A stretch of 64,000 bases of DNA from Clostridia bacterium (lineage in GTDB: Bacteria > Bacillota > Clostridia > TANB77 > CAG-465): the NCBI GenBank assembly GCA_017536445.1, contig JAFXHJ010000018.1, positions 30,772 through 94,771 on the forward strand, read 5' to 3'. This document shows positions 1 through 10,570 of the stretch, one piece after another; within the stretch, counting starts at the first letter, position 1; the number at the start of each line of letters is the position of its first letter. The translations under genes and the position numbers were made by a program. Under the pieces are notes generated by a model. It had not been told where the DNA came from and made no database searches. It saw nothing but the letters and a program-made list of their open reading frames with translations.

Positions 1-2
1 AA

Positions 3-368
3 ATGGTACCGATATTAATACTATTATTTATATTAACATTTGGAGTTTGTGTAATATTATCTAACTTTGGAGTATTCTTTGAAGATTTAGTAAATATCGT
101 AAACATATTACTTAAGTTTACATTCTATTTTTCAGGTATATTCTATTCAGTATCTACTAGAATACCAGCACCATATGGTCCGCTTTTAGCAAGAATAAAT
201 CCGGCGGCATTTTTAATAGAACAATCTAGAGACGTTTTACTAAGAGGTACTCATATGAGTATTGAATGGTTTGTAATTTGGTTAGTAATTGGACTAGCAA
301 TTTCAGCTTGGGGTGTAAGACTAATATACAAAAATGAAAATGACTATGTAAAGGTAATGAATGGGTGA
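3..368 (+). CDS. tagG: ABC-2 type polymer-export permease, C-terminal fragment (TagG-like); 5' end outside window
   Basis: Frame is open to the window start. Hydrophobic ABC-2-like C-terminus. Its stop overlaps the GTG of the next ATPase gene (GTGA). Sits in teichoic-acid gene context. Confidence 0.6.
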   Translation: MVPILILLFILTFGVCVILSNFGVFFEDLVNIVNILLKFTFYFSGIFYSVSTRIPAPYGPLLARINPAAFLIEQSRDVLLRGTHMSIEWFVIWLVIGLAISAWGVRLIYKNENDYVKVMNG

Positions 369-1117
369 TAGCCGTGGGAGAAAAAAAGAAATATGCAATA
401 TCTGTAAAGAATTTACATATATGCTATAGAAATATAAAAAAGACATCTATAAGAAAAGCTTTCTTAAAGAAACAACCAAAGGTAGAATACTTTGAAGCGG
501 TTAAAGGTGTAAGCTTTGATATAGAACAAGGAAAGATAGTTGGTATAGTTGGTAAAAACGGAAGTGGTAAATCTACTATGCTTAAAGCTATAGCTGGGAT
601 ATTCTCAGCAGATAAGGGAACAATTAAATTATATGACAATACAATTTCACTTTTATCTATAGGTGTTGGATTCCAACCAAAACTTACTGGATACGAAAAT
701 ATATTCTTATCTGGTATGCTTCTAGGATTTAGTGAAGAAGAGATAAAAGAAAAGGTGGATAGCATTATAGAGTTCTCTGAACTTGGTAAAGCAATACATA
801 AACCTGTTAGAGCTTATTCAAGCGGAATGTATTCTAAACTTGCTTTCTCAATAACGGCAATACTTGAAACAGATATACTTTTAATAGACGAAGTATTTAG
901 TGTTGGAGATATCAAGTTTAAGGAAAAGAGCTATAACAAAATGAAAGAATTAATATCTAAAGAAGATAGAACGGTTGTTATAGTATCACATAGCATGAAT
1001 GCATTAAAAGAACTATGTAATGAAATAATATGGCTTAATGATGGTGTTATTATGGACCAAGGTGCTCCAGAGGATATAATACCAAAATACGAAGAATATA
1101 TGAGAAATTTAGATTAA
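365..1117 (+). CDS. tagH: Teichoic acid/polysaccharide export ABC transporter ATP-binding protein (short TagH/TarH type)
   Basis: Walker A GKNGSGKST, ABC signature YSSGMYSKL, Walker B LLIDEV. Translationally coupled to the upstream permease. Confidence 0.8.
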   Translation: MIAVGEKKKYAISVKNLHICYRNIKKTSIRKAFLKKQPKVEYFEAVKGVSFDIEQGKIVGIVGKNGSGKSTMLKAIAGIFSADKGTIKLYDNTISLLSIGVGFQPKLTGYENIFLSGMLLGFSEEEIKEKVDSIIEFSELGKAIHKPVRAYSSGMYSKLAFSITAILETDILLIDEVFSVGDIKFKEKSYNKMKELISKEDRTVVIVSHSMNALKELCNEIIWLNDGVIMDQGAPEDIIPKYEEYMRNLD

Positions 1118-1135
1118 GTATAAAGGGGTTAATAT

Positions 1136-2389
1136 ATGGGTAAATTAAAAAATAAAGTAATGGATGCAGCAAAAAAGAATGTAGCATTAAGAGTAGTAAC
1201 AAAAAAAGGTTTAAAGGTGTATAGAACTTTAAGATATGTTAGATACTATTTAACAAACAAAGTAGATGATAAAACTATAGTATTTGAAAGCTTTATGGGA
1301 AGAGCATTCTCAGATAGCCAAAAAGCATTATACAAAGAAATGTTAAAAGATGATTTCTTTAAGGACTATACTTTTGTGTGGGCGTTTAAAGATGAAGCAA
1401 ATTATAAACATTTGGAAGAAAATAAAAACACTAAGGTTGTTAAGTACGGTTCTAAAGATTTTATGAAATATATGGCTAAAGCTAAATGGTGGATTACAAA
1501 CTCAAGATTACCAGAATATTTAATAAAGAAAAAATCTCAAAAATATATTCAATGTTGGCATGGTACACCACTAAAAAGACTAGGATTTGATATAGAAGTT
1601 GAAGGTGGAAATGCACTTAACACATTAAAAGAAATAAAAGAGAAGTATGAAGATGATGCTAAGAGATATGACTATATGTTATCTCCATCAGCATTTTGTA
1701 CTGAAAAATTTGCTTCAGCATTTAATCTTAAAAAATTAAAGAAAGAAGATGTATTAGTTGAACTTGGATATCCAAGAAATGATTATCTATTTAATCACAC
1801 AACAGAAGATGTAGTTAAACTTAAAAAAGAATTAGGTATACCATTAGACAAAAAAGTTATACTTTATGCTCCAACATGGAGAGATAACCAACATCAAGCC
1901 GGTGTAGGATATACATACGACTTAAATCTTGATTTTGACAGATTAAGAGAAAAAATAAGTGATGAATATGTAATAATATTTAGAACTCACTATTTTGTTG
2001 CAAGTCAGTTTAATTTTGATAAATATAAAGGATTTATATTTAATATGTCTAGTCATGATGATGTTAACGAATGTTATATACTAAGTGACATCATAATAAC
2101 AGACTATTCAAGCGTATTTTTTGATTACGCAAACTTAAAGAGACCAATGTTATTCTATATGTATGATCTTGACGAATATCAAGGAAAACTTAGAGATTTT
2201 TATTTTGGACTAGATGAACTTCCAGGACCAATTGTAAAAACTCAAGATGAACTTGAAAATGAAATATTAAATATTAAAGATTATGATAAAAAGTATAATG
2301 AAAAATATACAGCATTTACAAATAGATTCACTTATTTAGATAGTGGAGATTGTAGTAAGAGGGTAATAGAAAAGATATTTAAATATTAG
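1136..2389 (+). CDS. CDP-glycerol glycerophosphotransferase family protein (TagB/TagF family)
   Basis: Family hallmarks QCWHGTPLKRLG, YAPTWRD, ITDYSSVFFDY. RBS AAGGGG lies upstream. Confidence 0.85.
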   Translation: MGKLKNKVMDAAKKNVALRVVTKKGLKVYRTLRYVRYYLTNKVDDKTIVFESFMGRAFSDSQKALYKEMLKDDFFKDYTFVWAFKDEANYKHLEENKNTKVVKYGSKDFMKYMAKAKWWITNSRLPEYLIKKKSQKYIQCWHGTPLKRLGFDIEVEGGNALNTLKEIKEKYEDDAKRYDYMLSPSAFCTEKFASAFNLKKLKKEDVLVELGYPRNDYLFNHTTEDVVKLKKELGIPLDKKVILYAPTWRDNQHQAGVGYTYDLNLDFDRLREKISDEYVIIFRTHYFVASQFNFDKYKGFIFNMSSHDDVNECYILSDIIITDYSSVFFDYANLKRPMLFYMYDLDEYQGKLRDFYFGLDELPGPIVKTQDELENEILNIKDYDKKYNEKYTAFTNRFTYLDSGDCSKRVIEKIFKY

Positions 2390-2405
2390 AAGAAAGGAAG
2401 TAATA

Positions 2406-4496
2406 ATGGAAAAGAAGATAAGCGTTATAATACCAACATATAATACTGAAAAATATATAAAAGGTTGTGTAGAATCTGTATTGAATCAAACGTACCAAAA
2501 CTTTGAAATAATAGTGGTAAACGACGGTTCTACAGATAATACGCTTAAAATTTTAGATGAAATAAAGTCAGATAAGCTAGAAGTAATTACAATCAAGAAT
2601 TCTGGACAAGGTTACGCAAGAAATATGGCGCTTAAAAAAGCAACTGGCGATTACATTATGTTCCTTGATTCGGATGATTATATAGAACCGGTTACATTTG
2701 AAGTAGCGGTAAAAAGAATAGAACAAGATAATTCAGACTTTGTATATTTTGATTACAAGTATTTGAAAGTAGAAAATAATGAATTGGTATATACAAGTAA
2801 AGAAGATTTCCTTAGTAAAAAAGAATTAAATGGAGAAGAGTGTATAGAAGTATTAAAGATTCCTCATTATTTTACAGTTAATAAGTTATATAGAAAACAA
2901 TTCTTGTTAGAAAATAAGTGTAAATACGGCGAAGGTTATATTTATGAAGATGTTGAATTTTGGGTTAAAGTTGCAACTAGCGCAAAAAAAATATCTTTAA
3001 TTCATTCGCCATTATATGTAATTAGAACTAACGGAAAATCTACTACTCGTTCTAATCACAATACAGATAGACATGTAAATGGATTTATAAATGCTTTTGA
3101 TAATAGTATTAAATTAATAAAAGACGATAAAGCAAAATATATATTCTTAAATTATATGATGCAAAAGTTCTTAATTTATTACAGTAAGAGAACACCAGGA
3201 AAACTAAAGAAAAGTTTTTCGGAAGAACTATACAATAGATTCAAAAAATATAAACTATCGAAATTTGATAAGAATGATAAATTAATAAAATTAGGAATAA
3301 AATTAAAGGCAATGAATAGTTTAACAAAATTTAGATTTTATGCAGACATTGCTTGTAAGTTGAAGAAAAACTATAAAGACACTAGAAAGAGTTTAAGAAA
3401 CCTGAAGAACTATTTTACAGATAAAAACGAAGTATATTCAAGAAAGTATAAAAATAAAAAACTAGACAATATTTTATTTATGGGATTTGATTATAGATAT
3501 ACTGGTAATTCTAGATATTTATATGAAAAGATGTTAAAAGAAGGATATGAGAATTTATACTTTGTTACAAAAAGCGATTTAGTTAACGAAGAAAGAAGAA
3601 TAGAGCCAAAATCTAAGAACTTTTATAAAATGCTTTATTCGTCTAAAATAGTAATATTTGAATCTTGGATACCTAAGGCGCTTGTAAAACCAGAAGATGC
3701 AATATGGATTAATTTATGGCATGGAACACCATTAAAGAAAATGCTTTATGATTCAAATGAAGAGGAAATACTGATAACAAATCCTGCGCATAAAAGGGAT
3801 AAGTTTAAGGCTATTAAAAAAATGGATTACTTATTATTAGATAATCCTAGTATATCTAAATATTTTGAAACAAGCTTTTTGATGAGCAAAGAACAGTTAT
3901 TAGGATTTGGTTATCCTAGAGTAGAGTATTTGATAGAGAATAAAGATAATGTAGAGTTAAAAACTGAAATAAGAAAGAAATTGAATGTTGACGAGAATAA
4001 AAAAATAATTATGTATCTTCCAACTTGGAGAGATTATAATTATGGCAATTCTGAAGAATATGATTTTGCATATTTCTTAGATAAAGTTACTTTAGAAAAA
4101 GAACTAAATGATGATAAATATGTAATAATTTCTAAAGATCATGCATTCTTAAGAAAAGCAAAAGATGTAACAGTAACAGATATAGAAACACAAGAATTAC
4201 TACTTGTTAGTGATTTTGTTATTACAGATTATTCTTCGGTTATGTTTGACGCATTTGCAATAGATATTCCAGTTGGTATAATAGCAAAAGATTATGAAAA
4301 ATATTCTAAATCTAGAGGATTATACGAAGATATGTGGAAAGATTTAAGCGACTTTACTGTAACAAATGAGAAAGATTTAGCTAAATTAATAAAAGAATAT
4401 AAAATAAATGATAAATATAAATATGTAAAAGAAGAATATTGCTACAAATCTGAAGGTAGTATTTCAGAATTTATAAAAGATAAAATGAAAGATTAG
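2406..4496 (+). CDS. Bifunctional family-2 glycosyltransferase / CDP-glycerol glycerophosphotransferase
   Basis: N-terminal GT2 signature (SVIIPTYN, VNDGSTD, LDSDD). C-terminal TagF-like signature (NLWHGTPLKKM, YLPTWRD, ITDYSSVMFD). Confidence 0.85.
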   Translation: MEKKISVIIPTYNTEKYIKGCVESVLNQTYQNFEIIVVNDGSTDNTLKILDEIKSDKLEVITIKNSGQGYARNMALKKATGDYIMFLDSDDYIEPVTFEVAVKRIEQDNSDFVYFDYKYLKVENNELVYTSKEDFLSKKELNGEECIEVLKIPHYFTVNKLYRKQFLLENKCKYGEGYIYEDVEFWVKVATSAKKISLIHSPLYVIRTNGKSTTRSNHNTDRHVNGFINAFDNSIKLIKDDKAKYIFLNYMMQKFLIYYSKRTPGKLKKSFSEELYNRFKKYKLSKFDKNDKLIKLGIKLKAMNSLTKFRFYADIACKLKKNYKDTRKSLRNLKNYFTDKNEVYSRKYKNKKLDNILFMGFDYRYTGNSRYLYEKMLKEGYENLYFVTKSDLVNEERRIEPKSKNFYKMLYSSKIVIFESWIPKALVKPEDAIWINLWHGTPLKKMLYDSNEEEILITNPAHKRDKFKAIKKMDYLLLDNPSISKYFETSFLMSKEQLLGFGYPRVEYLIENKDNVELKTEIRKKLNVDENKKIIMYLPTWRDYNYGNSEEYDFAYFLDKVTLEKELNDDKYVIISKDHAFLRKAKDVTVTDIETQELLLVSDFVITDYSSVMFDAFAIDIPVGIIAKDYEKYSKSRGLYEDMWKDLSDFTVTNEKDLAKLIKEYKINDKYKYVKEEYCYKSEGSISEFIKDKMKD

Positions 4497-4510
4497 AAGG
4501 GAGAAAAAAT

Positions 4511-4924
4511 ATGAGAAAGATATTAACATATGGAACATATGATGTTCTTCATAGAGGACACATAAACCTATTAAGAAGAGCTAAAGAAAGAGGAGATTAT
4601 TTAATAGTTGGTATTTCTACAGATGAATTTAATGCCATAAAAGGTAAAAAATCATACTATGATTATGAAACAAGAAAAGAAATGCTAGAAGCAATTAAAT
4701 ATGTTGACGAAGTTATACCTGAATGTACTTGGGATCAAAAACCAGGAGATATAGCAAAATATGGTGCTGATGAAGTAGTTATGGGAAGCGACTGGGAAGG
4801 AAACGAAAAATTTGAAGCTTTAAGACAGTACTGTGATGTATACTATCTTCCAAGAACAGAAGGTATAAGTTCAACACAAATTAAATCAGAATTACATTTA
4901 ATGGACGATAAGGCTGGTGTTTAA
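4511..4924 (+). CDS. tagD: Glycerol-3-phosphate cytidylyltransferase
   Basis: GTYDVLHRGHINLLRRAKE and RTEGISST motifs. Length of 137 aa is typical of TagD/TarD. Confidence 0.92.
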   Translation: MRKILTYGTYDVLHRGHINLLRRAKERGDYLIVGISTDEFNAIKGKKSYYDYETRKEMLEAIKYVDEVIPECTWDQKPGDIAKYGADEVVMGSDWEGNEKFEALRQYCDVYYLPRTEGISSTQIKSELHLMDDKAGV

Positions 4925-6026
4925 TATAAAGAAGCTAGTTATTAAAATAGCAATATTTGTATTAAACGTAATGTATCTACCATTTAAATGTCTAAAAACT
5001 AAACACAAATTAACATATATAAGCAGACAATCAGATACACCATCTATAGATTTTACTTTGTTACACAACAAGATGAAAGAATTAGATAGTGATTTAGTAC
5101 AAGTAATGCTTACTAAAAAAATAGGAAAAGGTATAATGGGAAAAATTAAGTATGGACTACATACTTTTGTACAAATGTATCACATAGCTACATCTAAAGT
5201 AGTTGTAATAGATACATATATAATTCCTGTTAGTGTTCTTAAACATAAAAAGAGTTTAAAAGTTGTGCAAATCTGGCATGCATTAGGAGCAATAAAACAA
5301 TTTGGATATCAAGTAATTGGTAAAAAAGAAGGTAGCTCAAGCGATGTTGCATATACAATGAAAATGCACAATAACTATGATGCTGTAACAACATCTAGTA
5401 AAGTTACTGCAAAATTCTTTGCTGAAGCATTTAATACAGACATTAGTAAAATCAAAGTTGTTGGAATGCCTAGAGTAGATGATATTTTAGGAGACAATAG
5501 AGATACTGAAGTGTTAGATAGAAATCCAGAATACAACGGGAAGAAAACAATATTATACATTCCTACATTTAGAAAAAATGATACTGTTTATACAGAAGAC
5601 ATTATAAAATTAGTAGATACAAACAAATATAATTTAGTAATAAAATTACATCCATTAGATAACACAGTTGTAGATGACAAATATCTTGTAAAAGGTAATT
5701 TCACTACATACGATATGATGAAGTTTGCAGATTATATAATAACAGATTATTCTGCAACAGCAATAGAAGCAAGTGTACTTAATAAACCATTGTTTTTGTA
5801 TGTTTATGACATAGATAATTATAGTGAGATTAGAGGACTAAATGTAAACCTTACAGAAGAATTAAAGACAAGTACATTTAAGGAGTTTAAGGATATATTA
5901 AGCATTATTGAAAATGGTAATTATGACTTTAAATCTTTAGAAGCTTTTAAGAATAAATATGTTGAAACACATAATATAAATAACACAGAAAGTGTTTGCA
6001 ATTTAATAACAGAATATTTGAAATAA
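4917..6026 (+). CDS. CDP-glycerol glycerophosphotransferase family protein (TagB-like size)
   Basis: IWHALGAIKQFG, YIPTFRKND and ITDYSATAIE motifs. GTG start overlaps the tagD stop. The start codon is uncertain. Confidence 0.75.
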   Translation: MFNIKKLVIKIAIFVLNVMYLPFKCLKTKHKLTYISRQSDTPSIDFTLLHNKMKELDSDLVQVMLTKKIGKGIMGKIKYGLHTFVQMYHIATSKVVVIDTYIIPVSVLKHKKSLKVVQIWHALGAIKQFGYQVIGKKEGSSSDVAYTMKMHNNYDAVTTSSKVTAKFFAEAFNTDISKIKVVGMPRVDDILGDNRDTEVLDRNPEYNGKKTILYIPTFRKNDTVYTEDIIKLVDTNKYNLVIKLHPLDNTVVDDKYLVKGNFTTYDMMKFADYIITDYSATAIEASVLNKPLFLYVYDIDNYSEIRGLNVNLTEELKTSTFKEFKDILSIIENGNYDFKSLEAFKNKYVETHNINNTESVCNLITEYLK

Positions 6027-6107
6027 ATAGTTGAGGTAGAGAGTTAGTGACACTACGCACCTAGTAATAGGTCAAAAGAAATGTGGGGACAGTCACACCC
6101 ACCAACT

Positions 6108-6137
6108 AAAAAAGACACCGTAAGGTGTCTTTTTTTA
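6108..6137. terminator. Rho-independent terminator, bidirectional (A-run / hairpin / T-run)
   Basis: Stem AGACACC (6113-6119) pairs with GGTGTCT (6124-6130) around a GTAA loop. Six A residues lie upstream and seven T residues downstream. Confidence 0.8.
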
Positions 6138-6263
6138 TGTATAAAAAAAGAGATGGATTTCAATGAAAGGGTCAAATTCCCAAACATTGCCAACTCTTAG
6201 ATATGTTAGAACTATCGAAGCCACGCAGTGACTTATTAACGGATAGTTCTCTCACATAAATTA

Positions 6264-6292
6264 AGTATAACATCCTAAAATGCAGTTGTCAA
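6264..6292 (-). promoter_or_regulatory. Candidate sigma-A promoter on minus strand with no annotated ORF downstream (orphan transcription unit)
   Basis: On the minus strand the sequence reads TTGACA, a 17-nt spacer, then TATACT. It fires toward the bidirectional terminator at 6108-6137. Confidence 0.35.
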
Positions 6293-6337
6293 TATGCTTA
6301 TCAATTTGGTAGCTAGATAATGTTCACAACTTTCACA

Positions 6338-6366
6338 TTGACTTTACACAAACAATTGTATATAAT
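6338..6366 (+). promoter_or_regulatory. glyA promoter
   Basis: TTGACT (6338-6343), a 17-nt spacer, then TATAAT (6361-6366). This places the transcription start just upstream of AGGAGGA at 6377. Confidence 0.6.
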
Positions 6367-6390
6367 ATGGTGAGCGTAGGAGGATGGTTT

Positions 6391-7620
6391 ATGTATAGTA
6401 ATTTAGAAAAAATGGATAAAGAGATTTATGATATAATAAAAAAAGAAGAGAAAAGACAAAGTGAAAATATTGAGCTAATAGCATCAGAAAACTTTGTTAG
6501 CCCAGCTGTTTTAGAAGCTGTAGGTAGTATTTTAACAAATAAATATGCAGAGGGCTATCCAAATGCTAGATATTATGGTGGATGCCATAATATAGACGAA
6601 ATAGAAGCTTTAGCAATATCTAGAGCTAAAGAATTATTTGGTGCAGAACATGTAAATGTACAACCACATAGTGGATCACAAGCAAATATGGCAGTATATA
6701 TGTCAGTGTTAGAGCCAGGAGATACAGTTCTTGGAATGGATTTATCTAACGGTGGACATTTAACACACGGAAGCAAAGTTAACTTCTCAGGAAAGTTATA
6801 CAACTTCATTGCATATGGTGTAAGTGATAATGGATATATAGATTATGAGGATGTTCTATCTAAAGCACTAGAATTTAAACCTAAGATGATAGTTGCAGGT
6901 GCAAGTGCCTATCCAAGAAGTATAGATTTTGCTAAATTTAGAGAAATAGCAGATAAAGTAGGAGCATATCTAATGGTAGATATGGCACATATTGCAGGCC
7001 TTGTAGCAGCTGATGAACATATGTCTCCAGTACCTTATGCAGACTTTGTTACAACTACAACACATAAAACCTTAAGAGGTCCTCGTGCAGGATTAATACT
7101 TTGCAAAAAAGAATATGCTAAAAAATTAGATAAAACAATATTCCCAGGAATACAAGGTGGACCATTAGAACACGTTATTGCTGGTAAAGCAGTGTGCTTT
7201 GGAGAAGCATTAAAACCTGAGTTTAAGGAATATGCACATAATATAATACTTAATGCAAAAGCATTAGCAGATGCATTAATAGGATACGGATTTAATTTAG
7301 TATCTAATGGAACAGATAATCATTTGATGCTTATAGATTTAAGAAATAAAGGAATAACTGGTAAAGAAGCTACAGAGTGGTTAGATAATGTCGGAATAAC
7401 AGTAAATAAAAACTCTGTACCAAACGATCCAGAGAAACCAACTGTAACAAGTGGTATCCGTGTAGGAACAGCTGCGGTTACAACTAAAGGATTAAAAGAA
7501 GAAGATATGAAAATACTTGCAGAAGCTATGGATTTAACTTTAAGAAAAGATAACACTGAAGAAAATATAGCTCGTGCAAAAGAATTAGTGGCAGTATTAC
7601 GTGGGAGGTATACAGCTTAA
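6391..7620 (+). CDS. glyA: Serine hydroxymethyltransferase
   Basis: [14 protein letters not shown]-lysine motif, with full-length similarity to GlyA. The ATG at 6391 follows AGGAGGA. The track start at 6367 abuts the -10 box, upstream of the likely transcription start. Confidence 0.95.
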   Translation: MYSNLEKMDKEIYDIIKKEEKRQSENIELIASENFVSPAVLEAVGSILTNKYAEGYPNARYYGGCHNIDEIEALAISRAKELFGAEHVNVQPHSGSQANMAVYMSVLEPGDTVLGMDLSNGGHLTHGSKVNFSGKLYNFIAYGVSDNGYIDYEDVLSKALEFKPKMIVAGASAYPRSIDFAKFREIADKVGAYLMVDMAHIAGLVAADEHMSPVPYADFVTTTTHKTLRGPRAGLILCKKEYAKKLDKTIFPGIQGGPLEHVIAGKAVCFGEALKPEFKEYAHNIILNAKALADALIGYGFNLVSNGTDNHLMLIDLRNKGITGKEATEWLDNVGITVNKNSVPNDPEKPTVTSGIRVGTAAVTTKGLKEEDMKILAEAMDLTLRKDNTEENIARAKELVAVLRGRYTA

Positions 7621-9695
7621 TGGCTAACAAATTAGTAATAGTGGAATCACCATCAAAAGCAAAAACTATAAAAAAATACCTAGGAAGCGATTATGATGTA
7701 ATCGCTTCTCAAGGCCATATTATAGACTTACCTGCAAGTAGAATGGGTGTAGACACAGAAAATGGCTTTAAACCTGAATATATTAAAATGAAGGGTAAAG
7801 CAAAATTAATAAAAGATATAAAAGATACAGCTAAAAGTAAAGAAAAAATATTTCTTGCAACCGACCCTGACCGTGAGGGAGAGGCAATAGCATGGCATTT
7901 AAGAAATGAACTTAAAATAAAAGACACGGATAAATGTAGAATAGAATTTCATGAAATAACAGAAACGGCAGTAACTGCAGCTGTTAAAAATCCAAGAACA
8001 ATAGATATGAATACTGTGGATGCTCAACAAGCTAGAAGAATATTAGATAGATTAGTTGGGTATAAAATTAGTCCGCTTTTATGGAAAAAAGTAAAAAGAG
8101 GATTAAGTGCAGGTCGTGTTCAATCTGTAACTTTAAGAATAATAATGGACAGAGAACAAGAGATAAGAGATTTTGTTCCAGAAGAATATTGGTTATTAGA
8201 TGTTATACTTGAAAAAGATAAAGAACCAAGACTTGTATATGCTAAGTTCTACGGCGACGTAAACGGCAAAATAGAGCTTAAAGAAGAAAAACAAGTACAG
8301 AATATCGTTGACGTTATAAAAGGCGGCAAATATACTGTTACGGACATTAAAGTAACAGAAAAAAGAAAGAGTCCACCGCCACCATTTACAACTTCATCAC
8401 TTCAACAAGATGCATCAAGAAGATTAGGTTTCCCAGTTAAGAAAACAATGATGGTTGCACAAAAGTTATATGAAGCCGGATTTATTACATATATGAGAAC
8501 AGATTCTACAAGAGTTTCAGATGATGCAATTAAAATGGCAAAAGCATATATTTGCAAAACATATGGTGAGAAATATTACTTAAATAGAAACTATAAGACT
8601 AAAGAGGGAGCACAAGATGCCCACGAAGCTATACGTCCAACACATCTTGGAAGTTTAAGCGCAGTAGAAGCTGAACTAGGGAAAGATGAAGCAAGACTTT
8701 ATGCGTTAATATTTAATAGATTTGTAGCAAGTAGAATGGAAGCTTGTGTATATGATTTTACTAAAGTAACACTTAATGTAAAAGATTATATATTCCATGC
8801 AACTGGTTCAGTTATTAAGTTTGATGGATTTATGGCACTATATAAAGAGTCTAAAGAAGATAATAAGAAAGTAGAAGAAGGAGATTTAGATGAAGAATCT
8901 AAAGAACTCCCAAAACTTGAAATTGGAGATGTACTTACAGAAAACAAATTAAACTTTGCACAAAAGTTTACTGAACCACCTTCAAGATATAGTGAAGCAA
9001 CACTAGTAAAAGTAATGGAGGAAAAAGGTATTGGTAGACCAAGTACATATGCTCCAACAATTTCTACATTAATAGATAGATTATATGTAGAAAAAGATGG
9101 AAGAATGTTAGTACCAACAGAACTTGGAGAAGTGGTAAACAAGATAATGGTTGAACACTTTGAGAACATAGTAGACATTACATTTACTGCAGATATGGAA
9201 TCTAAATTAGATGGTGTTGCTGAAGGTACAACAGATTATGTTGCAATGCTTACTAATTTCTATGAACCATTTATTAAGAATTTGGAAAAAGTAGAAGGAA
9301 GCATTGAACATGTAAAACTTGCAGACAAAGAAACAGATATTATCTGCGAACTTTGTGGAAGAAATATGGTAATTAAACGCGGTAAATTTGGCGAGTTCTT
9401 AGCTTGCCCAGGTTATCCAGAATGTAAAAATGCTAAGCCTATAGTAAATAGCATTAAAGAACCTTGCCCACATTGTGGCGGTAAAGTGCTAGTTAGAAAG
9501 AGTAAAGCAAAGAAAACATTCTATGTTTGTGAAAATAATACAAATGATGAAAATAAAAAATGCGATTATATATCTTGGAACAAACCAGGAGCACCTGAAA
9601 AGAAGTTTGTAAGAAAAGCTGCCAAGAAGACAACTACTAAAAAAGCAGCAAAAAAAACTACTAAGAAAACTACAACTAAAAAATCTAGTAAATAG
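7620..9695 (+). CDS. topA: DNA topoisomerase I with Lys/Thr/Ala-rich C-terminal tail
   Basis: LVIVESPSKAKTIKKYLG Toprim start. Catalytic region ITYMRTDS. C-terminal C4 zinc ribbons (CELCG...CPGYPEC, CPHCGG...C). Its ATG overlaps the glyA TAA (TAATG). Confidence 0.95.
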   Translation: MANKLVIVESPSKAKTIKKYLGSDYDVIASQGHIIDLPASRMGVDTENGFKPEYIKMKGKAKLIKDIKDTAKSKEKIFLATDPDREGEAIAWHLRNELKIKDTDKCRIEFHEITETAVTAAVKNPRTIDMNTVDAQQARRILDRLVGYKISPLLWKKVKRGLSAGRVQSVTLRIIMDREQEIRDFVPEEYWLLDVILEKDKEPRLVYAKFYGDVNGKIELKEEKQVQNIVDVIKGGKYTVTDIKVTEKRKSPPPPFTTSSLQQDASRRLGFPVKKTMMVAQKLYEAGFITYMRTDSTRVSDDAIKMAKAYICKTYGEKYYLNRNYKTKEGAQDAHEAIRPTHLGSLSAVEAELGKDEARLYALIFNRFVASRMEACVYDFTKVTLNVKDYIFHATGSVIKFDGFMALYKESKEDNKKVEEGDLDEESKELPKLEIGDVLTENKLNFAQKFTEPPSRYSEATLVKVMEEKGIGRPSTYAPTISTLIDRLYVEKDGRMLVPTELGEVVNKIMVEHFENIVDITFTADMESKLDGVAEGTTDYVAMLTNFYEPFIKNLEKVEGSIEHVKLADKETDIICELCGRNMVIKRGKFGEFLACPGYPECKNAKPIVNSIKEPCPHCGGKVLVRKSKAKKTFYVCENNTNDENKKCDYISWNKPGAPEKKFVRKAAKKTTTKKAAKKTTKKTTTKKSSK

Positions 9696-9703
9696 AGGTG
9701 TTT

Positions 9704-10570
9704 ATGACAAATAATAAAAGTAATGAAGTAAAGAGAGTAGGAGCTATAGGGGTTATAGCTAATCTCTTTTTGCTTGGTATAAAGTTTATAGTGGGATTTG
9801 TATTTAAATCTCAAGGATTAATAGCAGATGCAATAAATAGTTTTGGAGATGTCTTTTCTTCAATAGTAACATTTGTTGGAGGTAAAATATCTTCTAAACC
9901 AGCAGATGATGAACATGAATTTGGTCATGGAAAAGCAGAATTTGTAGCATCGCTACTAATTGGAATATTTATGGTATTTGTAAGTTTCAAAACAATAAGA
10001 AGTGGTTTTGAATCTATATTAAATAAAGAAAGTTTAATATTCTCATTCATATTGTTAATTGTTCCAGTGGTAACAATAATAGTAAAAAGCTTGCTATTTA
10101 TGTATTGCAAGAAGTTAGCTAAAACAAATAATTCATTGTTATTAGAAGCAAATGCTAAAGATCATAGAAACGATATATTATTATCTCTAGGTGTACTTGT
10201 TGGAATAATAGCAAGTAAACTAGGATATACATATGTAGATGGTTTGGTAGGTATAGCAATATCTGGTGTTATTGTAGTAACAGGTATTACAATAATAAAA
10301 GAAGCATTTGATGTATTAATAGACAAATGTATAGATGCGGAAATAGTAGGCGAAATGAAAAAGAAAATAGAAGAAATAGCTGGAGTAAATCACATAGATA
10401 GTATTAAATCTAAACCAACAGGTACTCTTCATATGATGATAATAAAAGTATCTGTAAATCCAGATATGACAGTAAGAGAAAGTCATAAGATAGCGGGTAT
10501 GATAAGAGAACTAGTGTGTCGTAACGACAATGTTTATGATGCAGTTGTACATATTAATCCAGATGAATAA
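9704..10570 (+). CDS. Cation diffusion facilitator family transporter
   Basis: Six TM segments. HEFGHGKAE motif after TM2 and a HINP C-terminal domain. The ATG at 9704 is preceded by AGAGGTG. Confidence 0.85.
   Translation: MTNNKSNEVKRVGAIGVIANLFLLGIKFIVGFVFKSQGLIADAINSFGDVFSSIVTFVGGKISSKPADDEHEFGHGKAEFVASLLIGIFMVFVSFKTIRSGFESILNKESLIFSFILLIVPVVTIIVKSLLFMYCKKLAKTNNSLLLEANAKDHRNDILLSLGVLVGIIASKLGYTYVDGLVGIAISGVIVVTGITIIKEAFDVLIDKCIDAEIVGEMKKKIEEIAGVNHIDSIKSKPTGTLHMMIIKVSVNPDMTVRESHKIAGMIRELVCRNDNVYDAVVHINPDE

Noticed and set aside
6027-6107. GC-richer structured stretch (GTGAC...GTCAC, CCTA-GTAA-TAGG) upstream of the terminator. Considered as a T-box or riboswitch controlling glyA.
   Set aside because: - It lies upstream of a terminator and about 230 nt upstream of the glyA promoter, which gives a very short leader. 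It therefore cannot be the glyA leader.
- No T-box (GGTGGTACCGCG-like) or ZTP/THF/glycine consensus is visible.
- It is left as unexplained 3'-UTR structure.
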